Part shown: piece after piece, positions 40,813 to 49,854 of the stretch
Position numbering within the stretch: the stretch's first letter is position 1
Layout of the letters: each line of letters opens with the position of its first letter
Source: Candidatus Poribacteria bacterium
GTDB lineage: Bacteria; Poribacteria; WGA-4E; WGA-3G
DNA: 64,000 nt
NCBI GenBank assembly: GCA_963663765.2
Contig: CAXXUA010000011.1
Coordinates: forward strand, 64,001 to 128,000
Reading direction: 5' to 3'
Made by a program: the position numbers and the translations under genes
Notes under the pieces: model-generated
The model's database searches: none
What the model was told of the DNA's origin: nothing
Seen by the model: the letters and a program-made list of their open reading frames with translations, nothing else

Positions 40813-41010
40813 ATTTTTAAAACACTTTCATTCCTAACACTTATCCTTTGTGTGTTTTCAATCTTTATTTACAATAACGTATCCTTTGCAGTCAATCCAC
40901 TATCCTATAATAAAGATCAACTTAATATCAAGTATCAGGTTAATAACAGTGGATCGGGTAATACATGGGGTAATCCGGTTGATGTTTTTGAAAATGTGAC
41001 AGTAGACTGA
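40813..41010 (+). pseudogene. truncated secreted-protein remnant
   Basis: AAGGAG RBS, ATT in place of ATG, signal-like FKTLSFLTLILCVFSIFIYNNVSFA, stop after 65 codons. Confidence 0.5.
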
Positions 41011-41141
41011 AAACTAGTGCCTTTTTCCTTTGTGAGTTCCATGTTACAAAAACAGGTGCCAGAGGTTATATCACTTAGAAAAAGTATCATCTAAGCAATA
41101 ACATTAGTCACAGAAATCTTATCCTGTTATTCTGTAAATCC

Positions 41142-41238
41142 CGGGGAATGCTATAAGGCATTCATACCCGGGGAATGCTTTATAGCATTCATACCCGGGG
41201 AGTGCCTTAATGGCATTCATACCGTTGATTTCTTGATT
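41142..41238 (+). mobile_element. small hairpin + TCTTGATT-tail insertion element, copy 3
   Basis: Three variant hairpin units plus one octamer at AATCC^TGAAAATCC. Confidence 0.65.
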
Positions 41239-41511
41239 TGAAAATCCTGGTTTAGACAGAATCACGGTTTCGCGGATAAGACTTCTCTACCAACAGTTTT
41301 GGCACACGAATAACGCAACATAAGTAAAACGATCTCATGCAGGTGTCTTATCCGCGTAATCCGTATAATCAGCGATTCTAAACCCAATCCGCGATGCTGT
41401 TTGAACAACGATTAGCAAACAAACGATCAGGGTTATTCAGTTTTAGGAGTTTTCTGTTTTTGAGATTTACTGAAAGTTAATACCCAAATAAGGTTTCCTA
41501 ACTGCACCTTA

Positions 41512-41600
41512 TACCAAATTAACCTAACTCGTAAGCGCGGGGCTCTGTGCCCGCCCCTGTCCTCGGCACTAAAAAATATACTAATCACGTTAATTTGGTA
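41512..41600. mobile_element. 89-bp nested MITE (TACCAAATT...AATTTGGTA, TTA duplication)
   Basis: Empty site CACCTTATACATC in the homologous element at 46891-46903. Confidence 0.85.
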
Positions 41601-41918
41601 TTATACATCAATTTTAGATTATTGAAACATGAACATCGCTCTTTAGTCCCGTAGGGACGATATGTTTATAGAAAACGAATACGCTTCCCACCTCTTTAGT
41701 CCCGTAGGGACGATATGTTTATAGAAAACGAATACGCTCCCTACCTCTTTAGTCCCGTAGGGACGATATGTTTATTCTTCTATGCCGTTCCTACGGAACT
41801 CAAGAGAGATAGATAACATTTTTCTATAAACATATCGTCCCTACGGGACTGAAGATCGTTTCAAACTATGAAGGACACCTGCAAAACGCCATGCTTATGT
41901 GAAACAATGATTAACATA

Positions 41919-42058
41919 TAGTTATTTAGCACAACTCGTTAAATTACTAATTGGTAAAATTGGTAATTTTTTCTTCGGAAAAACCCAGTCATAGACAAGA
42001 TTTGTGTACAGAAAAAATTACCAATTGCCTGAAAGTAGCGACTTGTACTAAATAACTA
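41919..42058. mobile_element. nested inverted-repeat mini-element
   Basis: TAGTTATTTAGCACAACTCG / CGACTTGTACTAAATAACTA. Confidence 0.6.
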
Positions 42059-42536
42059 TTTATTAAAAATTACTTCACATAGACAAGTGGATTTAACCGT
42101 CCTTCTTTTGCTTTGGATGATCTTTAGTCCCGTAGGGACGAAATGTTATATACCATACCCAATATATGTGAATTTAATATAAACATTTAGTTAACTGGTA
42201 CAAGTCGTAAGATTAGTAATTATATAGGATTTTTATGGTATTCTTGATTTTGGTCTGAACTAGGATTTTCAGGATTAGTAGATTATCAAGATATTACTCA
42301 TCAGATCCTAATCCAAAAGAGAGCATAAACACATATCAAAAACCCTTGACGAGGTAAATCCTGCTAATCTGGTAATCCTGAAAATCCTGGTTCAGAAAAA
42401 GAATGGATTAACTCACAAGAATAAGCTAACTCAAGGATTAACAACTGTGATAGAATTTACTCAATAAATTGAAAACTGAATAACCCTGACAAACGATATA
42501 CCAAAAACGCTACTCACCAAAAAAATACAATAATAC

Positions 42537-42565
42537 TTGACAAACTTAATTGTATAAGTTACAAT
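42537..42565 (+). promoter_or_regulatory. sigma70-like promoter TTGACA-N17-TACAAT
   Basis: Near-consensus; spacer holds the palindrome AACTTA-N6-TAAGTT. Confidence 0.5.
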
Positions 42566-42982
42566 ATATATTACATATTAGATACATAACAAAATATATA
42601 AACATAATTATAAAACTGACACATTTTTCTCGTCTTAAAAACAAAAAGTTACAAAATGTTATATTTTCCAAAACTATTTTTTACATTCACAAGAAAACAC
42701 CAATAAAACTTTGCCACTACTGGGTTCACACCAAATTATAAAATGTTTTCAAAAAACGAAAAAACACAAAACAAAACATTTACATAAAGTACTTACTCCT
42801 AAAAATAAATGTCTTCAACCCTTACTATAACAGGATTAAAAGCCAATTTATACGACATACCAACGGTATGTAAATACATACCAATTGGTATGTCCTCAAA
42901 CAAGAGGAAACAGTTTAGAGCAACACAAAACTAACAACAATATGTTATATTCAAAGACTCTACAAATCCAGGTGAAAATGGA

Positions 42983-44590
42983 ATGAAAGTTGTAACTGCT
43001 GCGGAAATGCGTAAGATTGACGATGATACTATCAACGGTATCGGTATACCAGGTATAGTTCTCATGGAAACTGCTGGGAACGAAATCGTACGTTCTATTG
43101 AAAAGCATTATCCAAATGCTCACCGTTTTGCAATCTTTGTAGGTAAAGGCAATAACGGTGGAGATGGACTTGTCATCGCACGACAACTTGCACACATAGG
43201 ACATATAGTAAATATCTTCCTTGTTTCTCCACCTGAGAGTTTCACTGGAGAAGCACTAACGAATCTGGAAATTGTTAGAAAATTATGTCTACACTGTGAG
43301 CAAATCTTAGTAGGTAATCCACTCAGTGATGGTTTGGAGAGAGATACATCCAAAAACCATCATGTCTTTATACAGAAACAACTAAGCTTTATAGAAAACT
43401 GTGATTTACTGATTGATGCAATTTTCGGGATAGGATTGAATCGTGAAGTACGAGAACCCATAGCAAATACAATTAAAACCATCAATAAACTCAATAAACC
43501 TATCCTTTCAGTTGATTTGCCTTCAGGTTTAGATGCAGATACTGGAAAACCATTGGGTACTTGCATTCAAGCGGAAAGAACAGTTTCAATTGGTTTGCCA
43601 AAAAGAGGTTTGATGTTACCACCAGGGAGACAATATACAGGTAAATTAGATATTATTGACATCGGATTCCCAAAAAAAGTAATTGAGGCACAAGGAATAA
43701 AGTGTAATTGGACATCTAAAAAAGAAGTTACTAAGTGGATACCTACACGTTCACCCGACTCACATAAGGGAAGTTATGGACGAGTACTCGTTCTTGCAGG
43801 ATCTACCGGAATGACGGGGGCTGCAGCACTCGCAAGTGAAGCAGCACTACGTACAGGCGCAGGATTAGTTACGCTTGCAATTCCAAAAAGTCTCAACACT
43901 ATTTTGGAAGTAAAACTGTCTGAAGTCATGACTCTACCACTCCCCGAAACGGATGTGGGGAGTATTGCAGAATCGGCAACTGAACAGATCCTTGACCATG
44001 CACTCAAGCACAAATCTATAATTGCAATCGGTCCGGGGCTTTCTCAACATCCTGAAACAGTTGCACTTGTTCATCAATTGATTTATAGGAATAAGAATGA
44101 TCAGCTTGGGTTAAATTTTATTATTGATGCTGACGGTCTTAATGCCTTAGCACAAAAGACAGAACTCATCCATTTGCTTGACAATCATGCCGTTCTTACA
44201 CCACATCTGGGAGAGATGGCACGGTTAACCAACTACTCTATTGAGGAATTAAAAACAGACAGAATTCGTGTTGCAGAAGAATTTTCTCAAAAATACGGTG
44301 TTACTCTTGTACTTAAAGGTTCACCCACTATTGTTGCACAACCAAATAATGAAATATGGATCAACTCTACAGGTAATCCGGGTATGGCAACCGCAGGAAT
44401 GGGAGATGTCTTAACTGGGATAATTACCGGTTTAATAGCACAAAATGTAGAAAACCATACTGCTGCAACACTCGGTGTTTATTTACACGGTTTAGCAGGT
44501 GACATAGTCGCAAAATCCAAAGGTACACATGGTCTCATTGCAACTGATGTTTTAAACACGATTCCAATGGCAATATCAACTTTATACTAA
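42983..44590 (+). CDS. nnr: bifunctional NAD(P)H-hydrate epimerase/dehydratase
   Basis: LMETAG, GKGNNGGDG, DAIFGIG, VDLPSG; SHKGSYG, GPGLS, DADGL, TPHLGE, GMGDVL. Confidence 0.95.
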   Translation: MKVVTAAEMRKIDDDTINGIGIPGIVLMETAGNEIVRSIEKHYPNAHRFAIFVGKGNNGGDGLVIARQLAHIGHIVNIFLVSPPESFTGEALTNLEIVRKLCLHCEQILVGNPLSDGLERDTSKNHHVFIQKQLSFIENCDLLIDAIFGIGLNREVREPIANTIKTINKLNKPILSVDLPSGLDADTGKPLGTCIQAERTVSIGLPKRGLMLPPGRQYTGKLDIIDIGFPKKVIEAQGIKCNWTSKKEVTKWIPTRSPDSHKGSYGRVLVLAGSTGMTGAAALASEAALRTGAGLVTLAIPKSLNTILEVKLSEVMTLPLPETDVGSIAESATEQILDHALKHKSIIAIGPGLSQHPETVALVHQLIYRNKNDQLGLNFIIDADGLNALAQKTELIHLLDNHAVLTPHLGEMARLTNYSIEELKTDRIRVAEEFSQKYGVTLVLKGSPTIVAQPNNEIWINSTGNPGMATAGMGDVLTGIITGLIAQNVENHTAATLGVYLHGLAGDIVAKSKGTHGLIATDVLNTIPMAISTLY

Positions 44591-44614
44591 ACAGAAATAA
44601 AATGTGAGTTACAT

Positions 44615-44890
44615 CAATACCTTCGCCAATAATAGACAATCTACCAGATTGTAACTGCATTTGAAGTGTAGCACATTCTGCCAGATTGTGCTACTCATCT
44701 ATTCTGTCAGATTGCTGAATAGCCATTTCTATTGTAAATTAGATGTAAATTAGAACCTATGAAAAATAAAAACATTTCAACAAAAACCTGAAGGTATTTT
44801 TATTTACGTAATCATACAATAGGACAGAACAACAGTAGATCAACACTATATTCTCATTCAACTGAAGCATTCAAAATGGCGAAGGTATTG
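44615..44890. mobile_element. 276-bp MITE with CAATACCTTCGCCA TIRs
   Basis: TIRs plus TTACAT direct repeat; GTAGCACATTCTGCCAGATTGTGCTAC hairpin inside. Confidence 0.85.
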
Positions 44891-44894
44891 TTAC

Positions 44895-45305
44895 ATGAAA
44901 ACATATAAAATCTATCCAGTTGCATCAGCAGATGCGTCCATTGCATTTCAAATAGAATTGGATCTCAATGTATTAGCAGCTGAAGACGCACTTGAAAATA
45001 GTAGTCTTAAAGGTGCAGAAAGAGAAGAAACCCTAAAGAAACATATTGGAAGCGATTATGAAAAAGGATATCGCGGTACTGCTTGGGGACTTCACGGAGT
45101 CTCAACAGGATTGACACCAGCACGTTTAACTAAAATGTTGGACGCACACAGTATATCATTCGATCCTTGTGCTGAACGCGATACTTATGATCATAGCATG
45201 ATGGTCAATGTTGAAGAAGAATTAGCAGCACAGTTAGAAACCATCTCTGATGCTGTTTTGAAATCTATTGTTGATGAGTACAAAACACAATTGTTAGAAG
45301 CATAA
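44895..45305 (+). CDS. hypothetical protein
   Basis: 136-aa ORF with ordinary globular composition; no family recognised. Confidence 0.65.
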   Translation: MKTYKIYPVASADASIAFQIELDLNVLAAEDALENSSLKGAEREETLKKHIGSDYEKGYRGTAWGLHGVSTGLTPARLTKMLDAHSISFDPCAERDTYDHSMMVNVEEELAAQLETISDAVLKSIVDEYKTQLLEA

Positions 45306-45313
45306 TTGTAATG

Positions 45314-46408
45314 CTAATAATCAGCTACTGACCCATCAGCTAAACGACTATTGGGCCAACTAAATCCTCTTCCAGCGCTACTGACTTCAATGACCTTTGC
45401 TTCATCTACTTCAACACCTAAACCAGGACCTTCTGGGAGTGTAACATAACCTTCAGCATCCATTTCCCACGTCTTGTGTGCAACACCCGCAGGTAGGACG
45501 TTATCATAGCCTTCGTGAATTAGGAAGAATGGCACTGCAGCTGATAGTTGAAAACTCGCAGTTAAACCGAGATAGGACATCGTGCAATGCGGTGCAATCG
45601 GCACATGATGTGCTTCCGCAAGTGTAGCAACCTTCTTGACTTGTGTAATTCCGCCACCATGTCCAACATCAGGTTGCAGGATGTCTATCACTTGTGCTTC
45701 AAGAATTTCGCGTACTTCCCAAATTGTACGGTCACGTTCCCCTGTTGCTAATGGCACTGGTACGAATTCACGTATCTTACGCATCACTTCTATGTTACCT
45801 GGAACCCATGCCTCCTCAAGAAACAGGAGATCGTCTGATTTCAAGTGTCCTGCAAATTGTTTCAGTATCGGTGGGGGTAGGCAGCTATGCGCGTCAAACA
45901 TCACCGCTCCATCAGTACCAACTTTTTCACGTGTATCATGCACTCGTTGAACCATATTGGCAATTTCATCAGGGGTACCAGCGAATGGTTTTGAACCTCC
46001 CGGACCAGTTTTTATGGCTTTTGGACTCGGATATTTCCAAATCTTATCTCTACAAGGTCCGCCTAACAAGCGATATACAGGGACACCCCATAATTTACCC
46101 GCAATATCCCATAACGCCATATCAATAGCGGAGATCGTATGCACCATCAATCCACCACCACGTATATTGCGGTGTGATCGAAACATCCTTTGCCAGTGAT
46201 GTTCTATTCGCGTTGGATTCTCACCAATAATCATTTGCGAAAGAGAACGTGCCAATTCACAAGTGACTTTTGTCTCCATATTGTTGATCTCACCCCAACC
46301 GGTAACATCCATGTTGGTTTCGATCTTGATGTACGCTTTTTCTCCCATCGGATACGCAACAAGGTCCGTCACCCGAATTTGAGATCCCTTATCTTCATAT
46401 TCTGCCAT
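45314..46408 (-). CDS. mandelate racemase/enolase superfamily dehydratase (galactonate dehydratase-like)
   Basis: SAIDMALWDIAGK, LLGG, DAH, ATGER, LQPD, APH. Likely start is ATG 46408 with GGAAAGGA RBS. Confidence 0.88.
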   Translation of the reverse strand: MAEYEDKGSQIRVTDLVAYPMGEKAYIKIETNMDVTGWGEINNMETKVTCELARSLSQMIIGENPTRIEHHWQRMFRSHRNIRGGGLMVHTISAIDMALWDIAGKLWGVPVYRLLGGPCRDKIWKYPSPKAIKTGPGGSKPFAGTPDEIANMVQRVHDTREKVGTDGAVMFDAHSCLPPPILKQFAGHLKSDDLLFLEEAWVPGNIEVMRKIREFVPVPLATGERDRTIWEVREILEAQVIDILQPDVGHGGGITQVKKVATLAEAHHVPIAPHCTMSYLGLTASFQLSAAVPFFLIHEGYDNVLPAGVAHKTWEMDAEGYVTLPEGPGLGVEVDEAKVIEVSSAGRGFSWPNSRLADGSVADY

Positions 46409-46485
46409 GTTAAATACATCCTTTCCATGTGTTTTCTTAAGTTTTTCACAATTACAAAAGTTTGTCAACTACTATACAAAGTAAA

Positions 46486-46803
46486 GGGTGTGTAAAGTTT
46501 TTGTAGAAACCCTGATATTATAGTGGATTTTAGAATTATTTTTACACTTTCAGGTGTAGGAGGGAACTCCGATTCCCGACTATCAAGGTGTTCAGTCGCG
46601 ATTCGGAGATCGCTCCTACAGAAAAAGTGTAAAAATAATTGTATATTTCACTATAAAAGAAGTATCTAAAGTTTCTATCAAAGCTTGCTTGACGTAAGGG
46701 AACTGTGGACATCGTAGGGGCGAGGTTTCCTCACCTACGTAAAACCTCTGTTTGGGCGGGGAGACCCCGCCCCTACGCACAGTAACCAAAACTTTACACA
46801 CCC
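46486..46803. mobile_element. composite MITE with IS256-like ends
   Basis: GGGTGTGTAAAGTTTT / AAAACTTTACACACCC, 9-bp direct repeat CAAAGTAAA; nested TATAGTG...CACTATA element at 46519-46655; two GTAG-REP doublets. Confidence 0.85.
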
Positions 46804-46813
46804 CAAAGTAAAT

Positions 46814-47229
46814 CAGGGTTATTCAGTTTTAAAAGTTTTCTGTTATTGAGATTTACTGAAAGTTAATACCCAAATGAGGTTCCCTAACTTCACCTTATAC
46901 ATCAATTTTAGATTATTGAAACATGAACATCGCTCTTTAGTCCCGTAGGGACGATATGTTTATAGAAAACGAGAATACCCTCCCCAGCTCTTTAGTCCCG
47001 TAGGAACGATATGTTTATAGAAAACGAGAATACCCTCCCAGTTCTTTAGTATCGTAGGGACGATATGTTTACTCTTCTATGCCGTTCCTACGGAACTCAA
47101 GAGAGTATGATAACATTTATCTATAAACATTTCGCCACTACGGGACTAAAGACACGGACAAGATGGCAACACATAAAATTAACGCCATAGCAAAAAATCA
47201 TCAAAAATACCTAAAACTGATTAATCCTG
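46814..47229. mobile_element. MITE with ISAs1-like CAGGG ends
   Basis: CAGGGTTATTCAGTTTTA / TAAAACTGATTAATCCTG, 9-bp direct repeat AAAGTAAAT. Confidence 0.85.
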
Positions 47230-47321
47230 AAAGTAAATTAATCTTATTGTATCAATTATTGGATTTTGCTAATATATTGTTGCACAAAAAATGTTACACA
47301 CAATGAAATCGGAGGAAGATA

Positions 47322-48224
47322 ATGGCTGAAACCGTATTTGTAGGCGATCATGAAGTTACTTTTCCTGGACCACACCTTGGTGTATTGCGGGATTGCAATG
47401 CCGTCATGGACTCAGCAGAAGGATTGCATCAACAAATCGCTGAAGATGGGTATTTGCTTGTTCGTGGTTTAATTGACAAAGATAAGTTGATTGCTGCACG
47501 ACGTGCTATTCTTGAACATGCTAAAGAGAACGGAAAAGATGAAGTATTTAAACCAGGAACAGAGATGATGGATGCTATCGCAGGTTCAGGTAGTCCGGGG
47601 CGGACGATGGGTGCACCAACTGTCACACATCATCCAGATGTTCTGTCTGTCTTGGAGGGTGATGAACTATTTGCCTTCTTCAGAAAGTTCTTTGGAGGAG
47701 ATACTCGCACCTTTGACTACAAATGGCTTCGGTTTGTTCGTCCCGATGGATGGTCCGGACCACATTTTGATTTCGTCTATATGGGGAGAGGATCAAAGCA
47801 ACTTCATACATGCTGGATTCCTTTCGGTGATGTCCCCGCAACGATGGGAACTTTGACTCTTCTTGTCGGTTCACACAACCTACCCAGTTTTGCACCGGTT
47901 CGTGATACTTATGGAAAAACTGATGTTGACAAGGATGGCACACCCGGACATTTTGGAAGAGACCCATTGGCAATCAGTGAAAAATACGGTGGAGAATGGC
48001 AGACAGCGGATTTTGAAATGGGAGATATCATCCTCTTCACAATGCACACGATGCATACATCAACAAAAAATCTATCGGATCGGTGGCGTATCAGTTGTGA
48101 TATCAGGTTTCAACCCGCTGAACACCCGATTGATGAACGTTGGGTTGGGAAAAATCCAATATCTCACACGGGAGGACAGAAAATATCATTTGAAGAAGCA
48201 AAAAAACAGTGGGGTTTGGAATAG
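47322..48224 (+). CDS. PhyH family Fe(II)/2OG dioxygenase
   Basis: PHFDFVYMGRG, CWIPFGD, GSH, MHTS...RISCDIRFQ; GGAGG RBS. Confidence 0.88.
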   Translation: MAETVFVGDHEVTFPGPHLGVLRDCNAVMDSAEGLHQQIAEDGYLLVRGLIDKDKLIAARRAILEHAKENGKDEVFKPGTEMMDAIAGSGSPGRTMGAPTVTHHPDVLSVLEGDELFAFFRKFFGGDTRTFDYKWLRFVRPDGWSGPHFDFVYMGRGSKQLHTCWIPFGDVPATMGTLTLLVGSHNLPSFAPVRDTYGKTDVDKDGTPGHFGRDPLAISEKYGGEWQTADFEMGDIILFTMHTMHTSTKNLSDRWRISCDIRFQPAEHPIDERWVGKNPISHTGGQKISFEEAKKQWGLE

Positions 48225-48260
48225 GTAGGAAAGTAATTCATACTATATGGAAAGTTGTAA

Positions 48261-48414
48261 TACCAATTCAAATAAATCTTTTCTCATTAAGGAATTCTAC
48301 TGTTTATTGGCAGGGGGTTACTCTCTTCGGTAGGAGCGACCTCCCGGTCGCGACCGTGAGGTCGCTCCTACCAGATTTCCGCTGCTAATGAGACATTATC
48401 ACATGAAAATGGTA
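48261..48414. mobile_element. 154-bp MITE (TACCA...TGGTA, TAA duplication)
   Basis: Inverted copy of 21889-22042. Confidence 0.8.
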
Positions 48415-48439
48415 TAACTATAGTTTACTGGTCAACAAT

Positions 48440-49840
48440 TCATTTCAACAATGACCAGTCAGGTTCATCTTCCGGGTCACCAAGAGGACCGTGTGCATTC
48501 TTGACGATACGACGTTGTGAGTCATACCAATCATTGTAACTTGTGGCAGGTTGGAGTTTATCGTTTCGAGCATCCATCAGGTATGTCAAGGTATTCTCCA
48601 TTTCGACTACCAACGACTTTGCTTTTGGATCTTCAATCAAGTTGTTCATCTGCAGCGGATCTACTACTATGTCGTATAGCATCCGCTTGCCTGATAACCA
48701 CCGCGCATAACTATGGCTTTTTGTGCGAATACCTCGCCACTCGTTGCCATCAACAAGGTAATCATAAGTAGAACCAAAGTTCATAGTCAGGACAGCATCC
48801 TGTTCAAAGGCATCTGATTCATCACACCAAGATGTAGACAAATCATAACCTTCCACTGTACGAGGAGGTTGAATTCCACATAAACCACAAAGTGATGGGA
48901 ATAGGTCAACAGGTGCGGTAAGTGTGTCACAAGTGCGATTTCCCTCAAAAACACCCGGTAGTCGCATGATGAGTGGTACCTTGATGGATTCCTCATAAGG
49001 TTCTCTCTTTGCCCAGAAATTCAAGCCTTGTGCACCACCTTGTGTGCCGTGATCAGATCCGAAAACAAGTAAGGTATTTTCAACACGATCTGTCTTCTCA
49101 AGAAACGACATCAACTCACCTAACATATCGTCTACTGCTAAGATCATAGCAAGATAATGACGGTATGCAACTACTGATCTTTCTCGCTGTTTTTCTGGTA
49201 CGTTCTCTGGTAAAATGAGTTCGTCAGGAAGTCGGTCATAGTATTTTTGCGGGGCATATTCAAAAGGTGTATTGTGTGCTTGATGAGGAGAGATAAACAG
49301 ACAAAATGGTGTATTGTTGTCAACATCATCCATAAACTGGAAGGCGTATCGGTTTAGCGCGTCAGTTTCATATCCGTTCCATCTTTCGTTTCTCCATTTG
49401 TCCAGATTGACAGTACCATTGAAATAATCTGTGTGAAAATTGTAACCTCGCCAATGTTGGAATCCAAGTCGGTCGCGTCCTTCTGGAACATAGTCACGGC
49501 CGCCGATTTCTGGGAATGAACCTGTATGTAGATGCCATTTTCCAACCCACGCAGTCCGATATCCATTTCTTTTAAACACATCACCAAGTCCAATTTCATC
49601 GTGTCGTGTATTGACAAAATTTATTAGATGTCCAGTTGTCTGTGGGTGTCGTCCAGTGAGTAGCATGGAACGATATGGTGTGCATACAGGTGCAGTAGCA
49701 ATTGCATTGGAGAAAACAGTGCCTTCTTGTGCAAGTCTATCTATGTGAGGTGTTTCAATCTGTTTTTCTCCATAGACAGGCAATGAACACGCGCGGATCT
49801 GATCTGAAAGGAGATAGACTATGTTTGGTTTGTTTGTCAT
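48440..49840 (-). CDS. sulfatase (Cys-type formylglycine)
   Basis: PNIVYLLSDQ, CTPYRSMLLTG (CxPxR), GKWHL, SDHG. Confidence 0.92.
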   Translation of the reverse strand: MTNKPNIVYLLSDQIRACSLPVYGEKQIETPHIDRLAQEGTVFSNAIATAPVCTPYRSMLLTGRHPQTTGHLINFVNTRHDEIGLGDVFKRNGYRTAWVGKWHLHTGSFPEIGGRDYVPEGRDRLGFQHWRGYNFHTDYFNGTVNLDKWRNERWNGYETDALNRYAFQFMDDVDNNTPFCLFISPHQAHNTPFEYAPQKYYDRLPDELILPENVPEKQRERSVVAYRHYLAMILAVDDMLGELMSFLEKTDRVENTLLVFGSDHGTQGGAQGLNFWAKREPYEESIKVPLIMRLPGVFEGNRTCDTLTAPVDLFPSLCGLCGIQPPRTVEGYDLSTSWCDESDAFEQDAVLTMNFGSTYDYLVDGNEWRGIRTKSHSYARWLSGKRMLYDIVVDPLQMNNLIEDPKAKSLVVEMENTLTYLMDARNDKLQPATSYNDWYDSQRRIVKNAHGPLGDPEDEPDWSLLK

Positions 49841-49854
49841 GACAAAAATAAATA

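Larger units (their letters stand above)
41428..42488. mobile_element. composite MITE with ISAs1-like CAGGG ends
   Basis: TIR CAGGGTTATTCAGTTTT / AAAACTGAATAACCCTG, 9-bp direct repeat ACAAACGAT. Confidence 0.85.

Noticed and set aside
42550-42741. 63-aa ORF in an AT-rich tract; likewise the ORFs at 35674, 12551, 28258 and 46616
   Set aside because: Low-complexity or repeat-derived, with no convincing RBS or recognisable motif.
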